50,030 bases of DNA from Phoronis australis. Lineage: Eukaryota; Animalia; Phoronida. Location: the NCBI GenBank assembly GCA_002633005.1, contig NMRA01000446.1:125030-175059 (forward strand). The letters are read 5' to 3'. The translations under genes and the position numbers were made by a program. How positions within the stretch are numbered: position 1 is the first letter of the stretch; every line of letters starts with the position of its first letter. A model generated the notes under the pieces. The model searched no databases and was not told the origin of the DNA. It saw nothing but the letters and a program-made list of their open reading frames with translations. Below are positions 1 to 12,084 of this stretch, in pieces.

Positions 1-68
1 TAGCAGCGTTTGTCAAAATGTATCAACGTTAAATCTTCATAAATTACAAAGTAGCCGGTTGAACATGC

Positions 69-93
69 CTTTCAGTTCAGCAAAAGTCGCCAT
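69..93 (-). CDS. Possible first coding exon of a divergently transcribed gene (MATFAELK..., resembles the CEP20/FOPNL N-terminus)
   Basis: Minus strand reads caacATGGCG (strong Kozak/YY1 context), then MATFAELK, then AAG|GCATGT, a possible GC-type donor. Resembles the recalled human CEP20 start MATVAELK. Only 8 codons; read-through stops after 18 codons. Confidence 0.3.
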
Positions 94-765
94 GTTGTCG
101 GTGCCGCCGGAAATGAGACTAAGTCCAACGGGAATTCTCAGCACTTTTATCACTCAATAAGTAAGAACTGCGATGCTTAAATTTGGTGAAAACTAGTGAA
201 TCGCGCAGAATAGTAAGTAAAGATATGTCTCCCTAATTTTTACCGTAAATTATCGGCGAAAATAATTTATACTAAGTTTTAAACTCGTAACTTATTCCGC
301 TGTCGTCCAAGATGGCCGAACCGATCCAAACAAGTGACCCAAATTTCGCCACAAAAATTGCAATAACTTTGCACTGCTTGGCTCGATTTTGATAATTTTT
401 CGATTTTTATTGAGTAGGATGCATTATCTTCCCGATGATGGTAGAGAATTTTTTCAAAACGAAAAAAAAAATTTGGTTCGACCGCCCTACTACTATTACT
501 AATAGTACTATACAGACCCAACTTGGCCCTAGGTTATGTTTCTCTAATTCATTGCCCAGGTGCCTGCCTCAATCATCGCTATAGGAGCCGTAATATATTT
601 ACCATAATCATGGTCACTGAAATCAAATTTACCTGTACGGCGTAGTTGCGTTGTTATAAAACACCTAAACATAGATACAAGTCTAAAACACACGTGTAAC
701 GTCAGGCGCCATTGAGCTAGCAATGACCTATTTTAGAAAGCGGGTCACTGAGAACTCAGAAGAAA
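85..765. promoter_or_regulatory. Putative bidirectional housekeeping promoter region
   Basis: YY1-like motifs (CGCCATGTT ~88-96, AAGATGGCCG ~309-318) and ETS core CCGGAAAT (~107-114) lie between two divergent ATGs (93 minus, 765 plus). Confidence 0.35.
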
Positions 766-885
766 TGGCAAGCAGCAGTATCGTGGTCGCTGCGGGATTC
801 ATCGTTTTTCGACGTTTACAAGAAAATGTTCAGTATTTACTGTTGCAGACGTCATATGGGGAGCACCACTGGACGCCACCAAAAG
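765..885 (+). CDS. NUDT2: NUDT2 (asymmetrical Ap4A hydrolase) coding exon 1
   Basis: MASSSIVVAAGFIVFRRLQENVQYLLLQTSYGEHHWTPPK-G matches the Ap4A hydrolase N-terminus (LLQ.S.G.HHWTPPKG). Phase-1 donor AAG|GTAACG at 886. An in-frame upstream ATG at 723 is also possible. Confidence 0.93.
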
Positions 886-1357
886 GTAACGAAACGTCAT
901 CCACAACGATGTACATTTTTCACAGTGCCTCCAGTGCTCTCTGGCATGTTCACGACACTAGTTCGCTCACTACGCGAGGTGACAATGACTTGGGCAACTC
1001 ACTGATACTGAAACTACTAGCTCTCACGCTGGTTCATGGGTCAGTACAGTGGCTGTGGTTTGCAAATGGGTTGGAAGTTAGTCACAACCTTGGAAACAAA
1101 AACGATTTTCACACTTTTTGATACAGCTTTTCGTGTTTTTGCTTAACAATACTCTGGTATTGGGACATGGGTGTGTCACATGCTCAGTGAAGGGGATTTC
1201 CCTCCTTTTTAATTAGAACGGTCGCGCCCAAATGTTCCTCTTTTCCTTTTCTCTGCCGGTTTAATATTAAAAAGAAAAAAATAAAAGATTTACCAGTGAA
1301 TCCACGTCTCGAATAACAGTCAAATTAAGTTGTGAACAAAATACCAGGCTATTTTAA

Positions 1358-2484
1358 AGAGGTATGGATTTCTAAAGCTCGTCAAAATATATTTTAAATG
1401 ATTTCTGGCAAAAGTACCATATCACATCATCTAGTACAGAGTAATTCACTTTCCCCTGTGAGGAAATTTCCAGAAAAAAAATACAAAATTCACGATATTT
1501 TAAAATATGCGTGATATGGAAAAACTGTGGTTCCCGCAGAGTTTCAAATCTCCTTCCCACATTTGATAATGAATGCATGCGCGCTCACAGTCAGTTGCTT
1601 AAAGTCACTTGAGGTCAAAGGTCACATTTTCCATATACCGTAAGAGAAATGTGCTACGTCTGTATCTTGCCATACCAAATAAGGAAAAATGCTCTGCCAT
1701 GTGGGAGATTTATCGACAACGTGGCGAGCAGTTGATAGATCGCTTTTTTTAAATTTGAAACTAAAAGAAAATTGTGCATTTGTAACAGGAGTGCTCGGGC
1801 TTTGTTTAGGTTTTCACCTGCTACTTAAGCTTGATGTCAACAATGGTGTATGACGTTTATAAACATTTCTTTGTGGCGTATTCTCATTGGTTAATTTTTA
1901 TTGTATCGCATTTGATGCGGCATTTGGTTTTCACGGGGAGTTTCAGCCGAAGATAAGACGTGTTTTGATTTTCTCCCAAAATTCTATATTCTTTTTCTAA
2001 GTCTTACTGGTCATAGGCATTCTACGCGTGCCGGTTAGATAACAATTACAAAACGAACAAATTTATATATTCTACAAAAGTATTTTTCTTATAACTGTTG
2101 CGGCTGATTCTCCGGCAGTAAAATTACTCTTCCCGAAATGGATGGATCTGTTCTGTAAGTTATGAATATCACTTTGACATGTTCAATATAAATCTTATTC
2201 CAATACAAAGATTATTTTATTTAAAACATCAACGTTAGAAACATTATTTTATTTAAAACATCAACATTTACAAATACAGGTTTTCGTTGGAACAGAGAAA
2301 ACACATAACAATGCTGGCTAACACATCATAAAGTCTCTGTCACACATTGATATCAACAGAAATTTAAAATCTTTATGAACAAGCCCTAAAAATACGTGGT
2401 GAGCAGGTTGAATTCTGTTTCATTGGTAGAGAACCACTTTCAATATTGCAATTTAGTAGTCTGTTTATCGCATTCCAGGCCTCT
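1358..2484. mobile_element. Kolobok/T2-MITE-like non-autonomous element
   Basis: TTAA at 1354-1357 and 2485-2488; imperfect TIR AGAGGTATGGATTTC vs AGAGGCCTGGAATGC (11/15). Confidence 0.45.
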
Positions 2485-2775
2485 TTAACAACTGGACAAT
2501 GTGACTGTGAGTTCTTTTTTATATATAATGACCACTAATCAGAGTTGAGCCCAAAATGTGCTAATTGGGTTTCGAAACAGTCACTTGCCATGATCGACAG
2601 TGGAACTTAAAGGAGAATGCCACCCGGTTTAATTAGTCTTTTTTACAGTCTTAATCGGTCTATATCCACATCGCCTCTTATACGGTCGACCTCACCTTAG
2701 CCGAGAGGTGTCGCGTTAACCTGTGAGGAAGGAGAGAAATGATGCAGCGACGTCAGTGGTTCGTCTGCAGAGTTA

Positions 2776-3000
2776 ATGCCGCTATATTGCGGTGCATCAT
2801 TCCTGCTTGTCCGAACTATGAAACTGCGAAGAAAGCAGGTATATCGTTTTTTCGACTTCCTCGAGAGCCCGAAATGCTGTAGGAAGTGGCTCGTGGTAGT
2901 GAAGAATAAAATGCATGCTGTTAATAGGAAGTATGATGCCGTGAAACATCTTCGTGTCTGTGGCCGGCATTTCGTCGACAGTGATTTCCCTGACGAATTC
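2776..3000 (+). pseudogene. Frameshifted THAP zinc-finger (transposase N-terminus)
   Basis: Joining two frames gives RCIIPACPNYETAKKAGISFFRLPREPEM / CRKWLVVVKNK...HLRVCGRHFVDSDF, i.e. C-x4-C...FxxP...W...CxxHF. Confidence 0.85.
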
Positions 3001-3008
3001 CGGCTTAC

Positions 3009-3099
3009 CAAAGAACTATCCACACGTTCCATTGTCTGTGCATGTCGATGGCCCTCTCTAGTATTTCTTGATCAGTGTATTCCGATTCGAACTGATAGC
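3009..3099 (-). pseudogene. Putative KolX (Kolobok accessory protein) N-terminal fragment
   Basis: GYQFESEYTDQEILER resembles the recalled PYxFEPEYxxEE start of KolX/P2X7-C-terminal-like proteins. Bounded by tttcacag| and TG|GTAAG; convergent with the THAP relic. Confidence 0.5.
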
Positions 3100-4952
3100 C
3101 TGTGAAACCTAACGATCCTACCTGTGAAATCTTCTTCGGATGAGCTCTTGACTTAGTCGGGATTGGCGCGGGACGAGTTGCATTCTTAAAATGAATTATT
3201 CTCATCCTAACAAATGCTTGTATGAAACTGACACAAAGTCTGTCTTATTAGATACAATTGGTAATGGCTTTGGAGTATTCGTGAGTGCAAATGTTGAGAA
3301 GCCAGCAATGTATAAACCAGTACGTTACCTGCTTTTGATGCCGGCAACAATGGTAATTGACCGGGCACCGAGGCCGTGTGAGCGCATGCTAATTCAGTGT
3401 TTGCTGACAGAAAGGTGTTGTGAAACAATTACTCGATTTTATATGCTATGGTCAAATGTTAGGGGAATCTTTATTTAGAAATACAAATACATTATTCAAA
3501 TCATTGTTGCTGTACAACCTTTGCCCTGACGCTCTGTGGAAGGGGAACCCCACTTTGCGACCCCCGACAAATAAGTAGATTTCAGTTTCGTGGCTAATTC
3601 ACATAAATAATTACGAGCACATTATTTCTTTAGCTCAGTATTACAGTTTTTTTGTGACTGGAGGTTTAGTTTCCTACTCAAGCTGGTTTATGTTCGTGCC
3701 AGTGCTGGCAGCCGCGACTGGCCTGATCGGCTTCCGAGCCACTGGCGGAGATAATGAGCGTTTTGTGTGTTTAGAACTCAAAAAATCAAAGATCTAGGTT
3801 CTGTCTCTATTTCACGGAAGAATACTTCGAAGTTATCTCTGAACAGACCCCAAACTCCTGCTACGGACCTTGGTAAATTAGCTGGCCGAACTTTGTAGGC
3901 TACAGTGTGTCCAAATACCAATAAATCCGTAACAGCGAAATAAAACAACACGTTTTTATAAGAACTCGGTGTATTTTTAAAGGTTTAACATCAAAGCTTT
4001 ATTATGATTTATTGGCGTTAAACGATGAATTCAAGCGATAAGCTGACACCAGTAACCCATGTTGTGAACTGCTGAACAGGCTGCTATTGAAACCAATGGC
4101 GTCGCTACATAATTTCAACACCTCCGTTTGCCATCAGGTGTCGCGTAACGCAACCGAACGTACCGTTATCGATTAGAACTGCTGGATATAAATTGATACA
4201 AAATAGGTTGTTTTTTGGGTGGCATTCTTCTTTAATAGAGAGCAATTTGCCGCCATAGAAATCAGTCACTACTGAGAATTACGGGAAAGTTCACAAGCAA
4301 GGAGGTTTATTAGGATGGATACAGCCAGAATGATGAGTCATCACTCTTTTAAGGAAATTTTAGGAGCACACCCCGGGTCATTGGGATATTACAACTAACT
4401 CATTTTGTCCGTATTCCACACCATACCGGTTTTCAGATGCCTGATATCAATCTTTGTTGTGTTAATCGCCATTCTTAGTCATTGGTCCGATATCACGAAG
4501 CAAGCGCTAATTGTCTACCATTTTGAATTAATACATTAATGTATTAAACCCATCAACTCAAAACTGTTGCCATGAAACAAAAACCCATCCTACTACTTTG
4601 GCCAACTTTTATCATATTTTTTCCTGTGAAAGAAGGAAAGAAGGATTCTACTCTAAGTTTTCATGAGGAATTAAATTTCAGAAGCCAAAAATGTTAAAAC
4701 ATTACCAGTTTCTGAACTTAGCATTTCAATTTCATTCATCCAGTATTGTATTGTTGTATTGTTGTGAAGACATCGCAAATGCCCTGCACAACACAATAGG
4801 AGCTTAGATATAAAATCTTCATATCAACGGGGGGAGGGGAGTGATTGACGGTGACACCGGTTTTTCCCAGATACCACTGAACAACCCGATTTCCTATCGC
4901 ATAAAAACATAAAAATTTCATTGACATGCTAATAAATTCTCTAGCTGTTGGG

Positions 4953-5098
4953 TGTATCAAGTCAAAATAATGTCTTATTTCGTATATGGTAACATGCGTT
5001 ATATTCAGGTCCTATAGTAATGTGTATCAAGTCAAAATAATGGCTTATTTTCTCTTGTATAGGGTAACACGCGTTATATTCAGGTCCTATAGTAATGG
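4953..5098. repeat. Two-copy ~70-bp tandem duplication
   Basis: gtatcaagtcaaaataatg...ttatattcaggtcctatagtaatg occurs twice; it explains the repeated ITIGPEYNACY in the ORF track. Confidence 0.9.
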
Positions 5099-5581
5099 CA
5101 AAGGAGAACAGCTGAGCAGTAGTGACGTCAGTTACTGAAACAACAATGTTAATGACATTGGGTCCATCTTGTGACAATGCAGACCACAATTGCGCACATT
5201 TATGTGTTTGGTAAAATTGAGATGCAGCTAACTTTTCAGACCAGTCACTAGTTGTGTAAGGAAAATACTGAATTAACAGACAAATTTTCACCCTTGAAAA
5301 GGCACCCTCAAAAAGGTATCTAACAAAGGACGGGAAACATTAACATGAGCCTCAGGTCCTTTAAATTGGGCCATAGTTTTGAGATCCCTAGGGTCAATTG
5401 AACCATAGCCACATTTTTTTAAAATCCCTTTATGTTTGCTGCAAGCAGAATTGGCCATCATGACGCTGGAGAAATGGTCTTTTGTTCGATTGTGTTACAC
5501 CCTGCCTCCTGTACCCTGCCCTCACATTCTTCCTTGATTCCTTACAAATTTTGTTAAGATTTTCTTCTATTCATCTCACAG

Positions 5582-5916
5582 GTCATGTCGATCCTGGGGA
5601 ATCGGAGCTTGAGACGGCATTGAGAGAAACTCTCGAGGAGGCGGGCCTTAGTGATAGCCAGATGAACATTCTCCCGTCGTTTAAGACGACATTGAATTAT
5701 GAAGTGAGGGGGAAACCAAAACGGGTCGTGTACTGGCTTAGTGAGTTAAAGGACCCGACTTCAGAAGTAAGGTTATCAGATGAACATCAAGATTTTAAGT
5801 GGCTCAACTTTAATCAAGCATTGGATTATGCTAAATATGAGGACATGCAGAGAGCTTTCAGGGAAGCACATGCTTATTTGCAAAAATACGGTCACAGTGG
5901 GGATGGAAGGACTTAA
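5582..5916 (+). CDS. NUDT2: NUDT2 coding exon 2 (Nudix box)
   Basis: Polypyrimidine acceptor ...tcatctcacag|. Splicing restores G-HVDPGESELETALRETLEEAGL (Nudix box GX5EX7REUXEEXGU) and SDEHQDFKW. Stop TAA at 5914-5916; total 151 aa. Confidence 0.95.
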
Positions 5917-6932
5917 TACCTGCAGTTTCACCCTCTTCATCCAATTTTCCTCCATATTGCAATGGAAAACCGAAACCCTGAAGAGCGGAACCTAGTTGTT
6001 CAGACTGATAGAGCATGTTACATGGGAAGAGATGTTTTATTGTTCTAGTATTGGCCCTGTAAGTGTTAAATTATTAAGTAACGGGGTTTATTAAAGCTCA
6101 TGAGCGATATACAGATTTTGATGCATTTCGTTTTTCCGTTAAAAATCCTTATTTTATAGTCATTGTTCCACATTGGCAATCACGTATCTCAAAGACAGCT
6201 CAGGTTTGTTCATTTACAAGTTTAAACTAAATTTTAAACTGATGTACTTCAATTTTGTCTGATTTCTGTGTCAAATTTCCATAGGCACAGTTAAAAAGAT
6301 ACTGAAATAAGACTTTCTTTTCGAAATTGAAGTAGTTTAGAATTTTTGTCACATGCATGTATCTTATTTTCTCTCTAGTCCAAGCTGTGAACAAAAAATT
6401 CAGTTTGTTTCATGGAACTGAAAAAGGTGCCGAATAGTGGACTTTTCATATTGGTGCACTCCAGAGTACTGGTAATGAGGGCATGGAAGTGACTTCCGAT
6501 TGATTCGGACTCAGACTTGGAGGACAGAAATTCAATTAGTTCATTGTGGTCCATTAATTTAAAAAACAGAGGAATAAATTCCACAGTCAATCCTCCCATT
6601 GTTTGATTAGTTTAATTTCACCAATGTATTTTGGTTTTTGACACCGACTGGGATCGAGTCGCGGATATTTCTTTGCAGTGGGAAATGTATGTCATCCATT
6701 GATATGATGAGAGGTTTGCCTTTTTTCACAAGACACTTACATCCCACTGCACACAAAGTGGCTGTGGAAATTTGTCGGTACTATAATGGCAGGAAAGGTG
6801 TTAAAATGCTTTTGATGCCTGTCCAGTAGCTTGAAACCCGCCATCCGTGTTACATGGGATCTGTAGATGGCGCTGAACGCTTGTTCACCAAAGACCTGAT
6901 CGCCATTTGGTGGATTAGTGAATTTCAATGTA

Positions 6933-8343
6933 CCGTATTCGCCGTAATAACCGCCCATGCCCCTATAAGCGCCCTCCCCCACGCGTTTTCAGACTTTGCT
7001 GAAATAAGCGCCCAGTCCATGAACGTGTACAAGCGAACAATGACGTACTTACATTCCTCAAACTCGGCTACAGTAACGTCTTCAATTTATCAAAAAAATT
7101 TTGCACGGTCTTCTAGACCACCAGCGGCACTGCTACGTTTGTTTTTAGCCGTGACTTTACACTTCAAAGTAACGCAGCGCTTCGAAAAGAACTCAACAGC
7201 GTTGCCACGCTCTCCCGATGACCGTGTCCCATTATGGTCTGACCTTTCAGTAGACACATCGACTGTCTCATGAATAAAAATAACTCTGTGTTAAACGCAC
7301 GTGGCCAGGAAGCGTGCGTTACATATCTGAACCTGTCATCAAAGACATTAGTCGGGAACTATCCATTCATGAAACGGGTAGCATAGCATCGATAAGAAAT
7401 GAATATTGGCACTAATTTCCGACAATTTCTAATACTATAAAACATGTTTGCGTTATTTTTGAGATGGATTGTTTGATTAACCATAATTGGTGTTTTTAAG
7501 CCGAATATCCGATAAAATGACAACTGATAGTGAATGCTTACACACCCTTACACCGAAAAATAACTGTCAGATAGTTACGTACGCATCCAGCTTCATGGCG
7601 ACTAATATAAGCCTTACTGAGACAAATGTCGAACGTTTTTAGCACGAGACCAGAAAGTGCTGAATGAAACACGCTCTGGTTTAGGCCTACTGCTTGTGCA
7701 AATTTCTTTAGACACAATGCACATCTAGCTAGTTAGATTGCGTGGCTCTGACCAAAAGACAGTCTCTGCTTTGGCAAATGAGCTCTGGTGACATGCACGC
7801 GCTCCCTTACTCGCAGACGAACTTCAAAACAAACGTCACTTGACAACAACATGTGTGTTCGTCCAGACATTTTTCTTGTCGTGTTGCCGATCATACAATC
7901 ATGTAGATGGCATGATGTTGCACAGATTTGTACTTAAACCTGCCAACTCCACGGCAACTTAAAAAATCTTAGAGACGCTACTTATAAAACTTAATGAGGA
8001 TTTCAGGTAATTTGCTTGAGTCGAAACCGTTTTTATTCAAGCATTGAAGTCGCCATATTGAAGACCGCGATTTCGAGGCAGTCAGTCGGCGAGTTGTCAC
8101 CCTGGGACTGATTTTCTGTAAAATGATCCGTAATTTAGCAGCAAAGTTTGATAGCAATGCACCACAGTTTTGTTGAAAGTCTTTCATGGATTACATATAC
8201 GTCACGGAGCGTAAATTTGATGAATCTTAGCTTCCAATTTCACCCGTTTCGGAGACAGGGTTTCAACCGCCTTGGGTTATAATAAGCGTCTCTCTGAACC
8301 GAACTTTTCTAAGCGCCCTGGGCGGTTATTACGGCAAATACGG
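6933..8343 (-). mobile_element. pogo/Tc1-mariner-like non-autonomous element (subfamily A) with HIRAN relic
   Basis: TA flanks; 24-bp TIR CCGTATTCGCCGTAATAACCGCCC (1 mismatch). Homologous in inverted orientation to 40915-42226. Minus strand ~7105-7255 gives LKGQTIMGH / EFFSKRCVTLKCKVTAKNKRSSAAGGLE. Confidence 0.9.
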
Positions 8344-9051
8344 TACATGTAGCTTGACTATATTCCAAAGTCAGCTATTGTCTCTGTGTTTCTCAACCTC
8401 CTATTACACACAGCCCATAAGGCCAAGAAAAACAGTTGGGCCTAGTCTTTGTAGACTTTATAATTGTCAGATTTGATGTCTTATTTTTATTTCCTCGTTT
8501 TGTTAAAAACAATAATTCACTGAATATATTTTGAAAAGTGTTATTGCGTTTGGGCTCCTTTCTTTTCTTGTGTAAGAAGTGAGCACCTAAAGGGACTGCA
8601 CCACTGACTAGATTTTCCAAAAACAACTGTACAGCAGAACCAAGTAGCTATGTTCCTTTTGCCTACTTTGTAACTATGTTCCTTTGGCCTACTTTGTTAT
8701 TTTCATTCATGAAATTTGGAATGTTGATGATGGATTTTTAAGTACTAAAGTACATATAATTGATCAATCACAATTATTTTAATATATGAAATTGTGGAAC
8801 TGGATGATTTTAATTAAAAAAATAAATTATGTTCATTAAAACAAGTCAAGTAGTTTTCTGATTGAGTACACTAAACAGCTTCTTATTTAATTTGAACTTT
8901 TCTTATCTAGTAAAAATTTGCTTTTCAAGGACAAAAATGGGGACACCCACATAAATATATGTGTTTCTACGTAAAATATGATTATAGGTGGGTACACCTG
9001 ACACTAAATGTTGATCAGCGAAGTCTCTGTAACTGGGTACACCAAATTCGG

Positions 9052-9213
9052 GATGGGTCTATCTAATAACTGGACCCGACGTGACTGGTCCAGTTATATT
9101 TATATAGCGTGACCCGCAGTGATGGGTCTCTCTATATAAATATAACTGGACCCGACCTGACGGGTCCGGTTTTATTTATATAGCGTGACCCGCAGTGATG
9201 GGTCTGTCTATAG
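9052..9213. repeat. Tandem repeat (~70-76 bp, ~2.2 copies) built from hairpins
   Basis: Units start gatgggtct at 9052, 9121 and 9197; internal palindrome ctatataaatataactggaccc...gggtccggttttatttatatag. Confidence 0.85.
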
Positions 9214-9791
9214 TTGGGGTTTTCGATACTCAGTCGGCTCCATTTCCTTTTGAAAGTATTTAGTCTGAAGTCACGCGAAATTCTCCACGGTCATGAGATC
9301 ACCTCAGATTTAGAATCACTTTTATCTCCTACAGTCCCTGTAATTAGTTGTGACTGTCCTAGGGGGATTTTTCCCCTTACCAGAAAACAATTCCCTTTCA
9401 GAAGGCACTGGCACCTTTCTCTCAGGTGAGAGAAGACCCTGATAGCTGTTCGCTAAGTGGGTGGGCCACCTATGTATGATCAGTTAGTGATTTGGTGACT
9501 TGTCACTCTGAATACCAGAGTCTTATTGTTGGCTTTTTCAAAATATTTGATTCGACTCACAACATTTGTGACTGCAATGTCTTGGATGAGAAGATAAGAT
9601 CTACAAATGTCTCGTATCTTGCAGCTGTATGAACACTTCGATTATGGTAATTTTTCATAATATACCAGCGCATGTAAATTATTTATCAAGAAGATAAATT
9701 GATCATTCTGTTACTCACATTTCTTAAAGTGTATCATCTAATTATCGCCACTGTTTCATAAAGTTAGTGTCACCAATGATGAGGTACTTGT

Positions 9792-10024
9792 CATGCGCAT
9801 ACCAAGCCTTTAATGTAGAGGTGCTCGAATTTCCAACGATCTGTACCTTTTACCAACAAAAAAGCGGGAGGACTAAAAAAAAACGGGTACCACGTCCACA
9901 GCTGTGAATTGTACGTTTGCGCCTTTTTAGTGGACTTTTGTCTCGTTTTCTCGTACTTTTTGTTTCTTTAACGCGGACTTTTTTGCCCACTTTGTCAAAT
10001 GGGGAGGCCCTGGGTGCGCACATG
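9792..10024 (+). mobile_element. Small MITE-like element with CATGCG... termini; related copy at ~43085-43316
   Basis: Ends catgcgcatacc / gggtgcgcacatg. Internal blocks tttagtggacttttgtctc...gcccactttgtcaaatgggg are shared with 43205-43265. No clean TSD. Confidence 0.55.
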
Positions 10025-10716
10025 CTTGATCACAGATAATGGTAAATTGTCAATCAAAGACATTGATTGACATAGTGTTCATACATTAAGAGAGTATGGT
10101 CAGCGTTTGTGATGTTGACACTTGAGGAAACGATTACACTTGAATTGAATTTTTTGTGCATTTATGTCAATGTAAAGCAATCTGAATGACCACACTATCT
10201 CATTCTGTTCAAAAACTCATGATCTTAAAAACCCCAGGAATGCTAATCTGATTACGTTCTGGGCTTGGCCAGTCACTGATCCAAGTGGTAATAAATAATC
10301 CTTTGCCAGGAGCCTTTGAAGCTGTTTTTGCTTGCACAGACTAACTTGACAGTTGTATACAAGGTTCACTAAGAACTGTTGTGGCTTACCTTACATGTTA
10401 ATTTCAAAAGGTCTGTTGTGTGTGGACAACCAGGATTTGCAACCATCAGCAAAATAAGTTCAAAGCTAGCATGTCAACTAGTTACCCCCTCCCAACCCAA
10501 AATGCAAGCCAAAATTTCAATCTATCAATTTAGCAATGATGCATCTTTCCATCATGTTTAATTATTACAAATTTGTAATTAAAACATTGTAACAAAACAT
10601 TCCAACCTAAAATTTGAACCAAAACTGCAGTGGTTTTCAAGGATGGCATCGTATGGGGTTTAGTTTGCATCCTATGACTGCAAATGATCTGATAATGAAT
10701 TATAAAGTACTGACCA

Positions 10717-12084
10717 TTTATGATGCGCCCACATGTCCGCATGTCCGGGCGGCATCTGTCTTGGCGGCGTTCATCTGGCGCTACCTAGTGGCCATTTTTA
10801 TTGTTTTCTAGTCTGTTTTTAGGTATCCACCGCTCTATCAACCAAACCGCTCAGGATGATTATGGAAATTGGCATGACTTGTTTTTTACTATGAAGAGGA
10901 CGGCTGACAATAATTCTCTGCAGATTTCGATGACTGTGGCGCCTCCTAGTAGCAGCTTTGTTTTTTTGCGCCTATGTCTGTATCTCCTAAACCATCTGTA
11001 GAATCTTTACTAAACTGAGTAAGTGCATTTGTATGATGTTGACAAAGGACTACAACTTTCGGATGGGTTTGACTACTGCTGCACCTCCTGGTGGCAATTT
11101 ATTTTTCATGTTAACCTCTGTCAAATGTCCTCAACATATTTTCAAAAAAATTGGCGTACAGACTTCTGTTAGTGTGGTGACGCTATCTTTCCGTTTTCAG
11201 ATGTATTCGACTTAGTTTGCACCACCTAGTGACCATTTTTACCATTTTGGAGTCTGTTTTTTGGCGTCCACCCCTCTATCAACCAAATCGCTTTCATGAT
11301 AATTGTGAAAATTGGCATGTATGTTTTTACTATGAAGTGGATGGCTGACGATGATTTTATGATGGCTTAAGCAACTGTGGCACCTCTTAGTGGCAGTTTC
11401 GTTTTTTTTTGCGCCCATGGCTGTATATCTTAAACCGTTTGCAGGATCTATCTCTATCTTCAAGGGTCCTCAACGGGTTTTCATAAAATTTTGAATACAG
11501 GCATCTATTGGTGAGATGACGCTATCCTCCCATTTTTAAATGTAATCGAGGTATTTTCCACCACCTAGTGGCAATTTTTGCGGTTTTTTGGTGTCCACAC
11601 CTCTATCAACCAAATCATTTTAAGGATGGTTTTGAAAATTGGCGTTTATGTTCTCTGTGTGAAGAGGATGGTTGACGATGACGACTTTGACTACTGTGGC
11701 ATCTCCAATGATAGTTTTGTTTTGTTTTACTCCCATAGGTGTATCTCCTAAACCTACTGCTGGATCTTTATTAAATTTAGTATGAATTTATATGAAGCTA
11801 ACAACAGACAATGACGACTTTCAGGCGGATCCAATGAACACTGTGCCCCTAGTGGCCATTTCATTTTATTCTGTTTTCCTTTGTTTCTATTAAGTTCCGT
11901 GATAGATTTCTATGAAATTTGGTGAATAGCTTTCTAGTAAAGGAGCTATTATGACATGTTCCCATTTTCCGATGGATTGTTCGTTTTTGTGCCATTTAGT
12001 GGCCATTTTTATGACCCAACCCCAAAAGCACACCATTTGCGATGCATTCGTGGGCGCATTTCAGCGCTCTGCGTAGCTCTTGTT
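10717..12084 (+). mobile_element. Helentron-associated interspersed element (HINE/DINE-1-like), copy A
   Basis: T-rich 5' end; subterminal inverted repeats ATGCGCCCAC (10723-10732) / GTGGGCGCAT (12050-12059); short GTCC-type repeat after the 5' end; 3' end ...gctcttgtt; internal ~140-160-bp degenerate units. Inverted homologue at 28075-29566. Confidence 0.75.

Larger units (their letters stand above)
2611..4231 (+). mobile_element. Internally deleted Kolobok DNA transposon with THAP relic and putative KolX relic
   Basis: TTAA TSD (2607-2610, 4232-4235); 15-bp TIR AGGAGAATGCCACCC with 1 mismatch. TTAA+AGG termini are Kolobok-type. Internal THAP pseudogene on + and a YQFESEY fragment on -. Confidence 0.85.

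Noticed and set aside
886-1121. 3' extension of the 132-aa ORF at 723-1121
   Set aside because: Intron read-through after the GT donor at 886; homology stops at PPKG.
6854-7273. 139-aa plus-strand ORF as a gene
   Set aside because: It crosses the transposon boundary and is antisense to the HIRAN relic; no recognisable motif.
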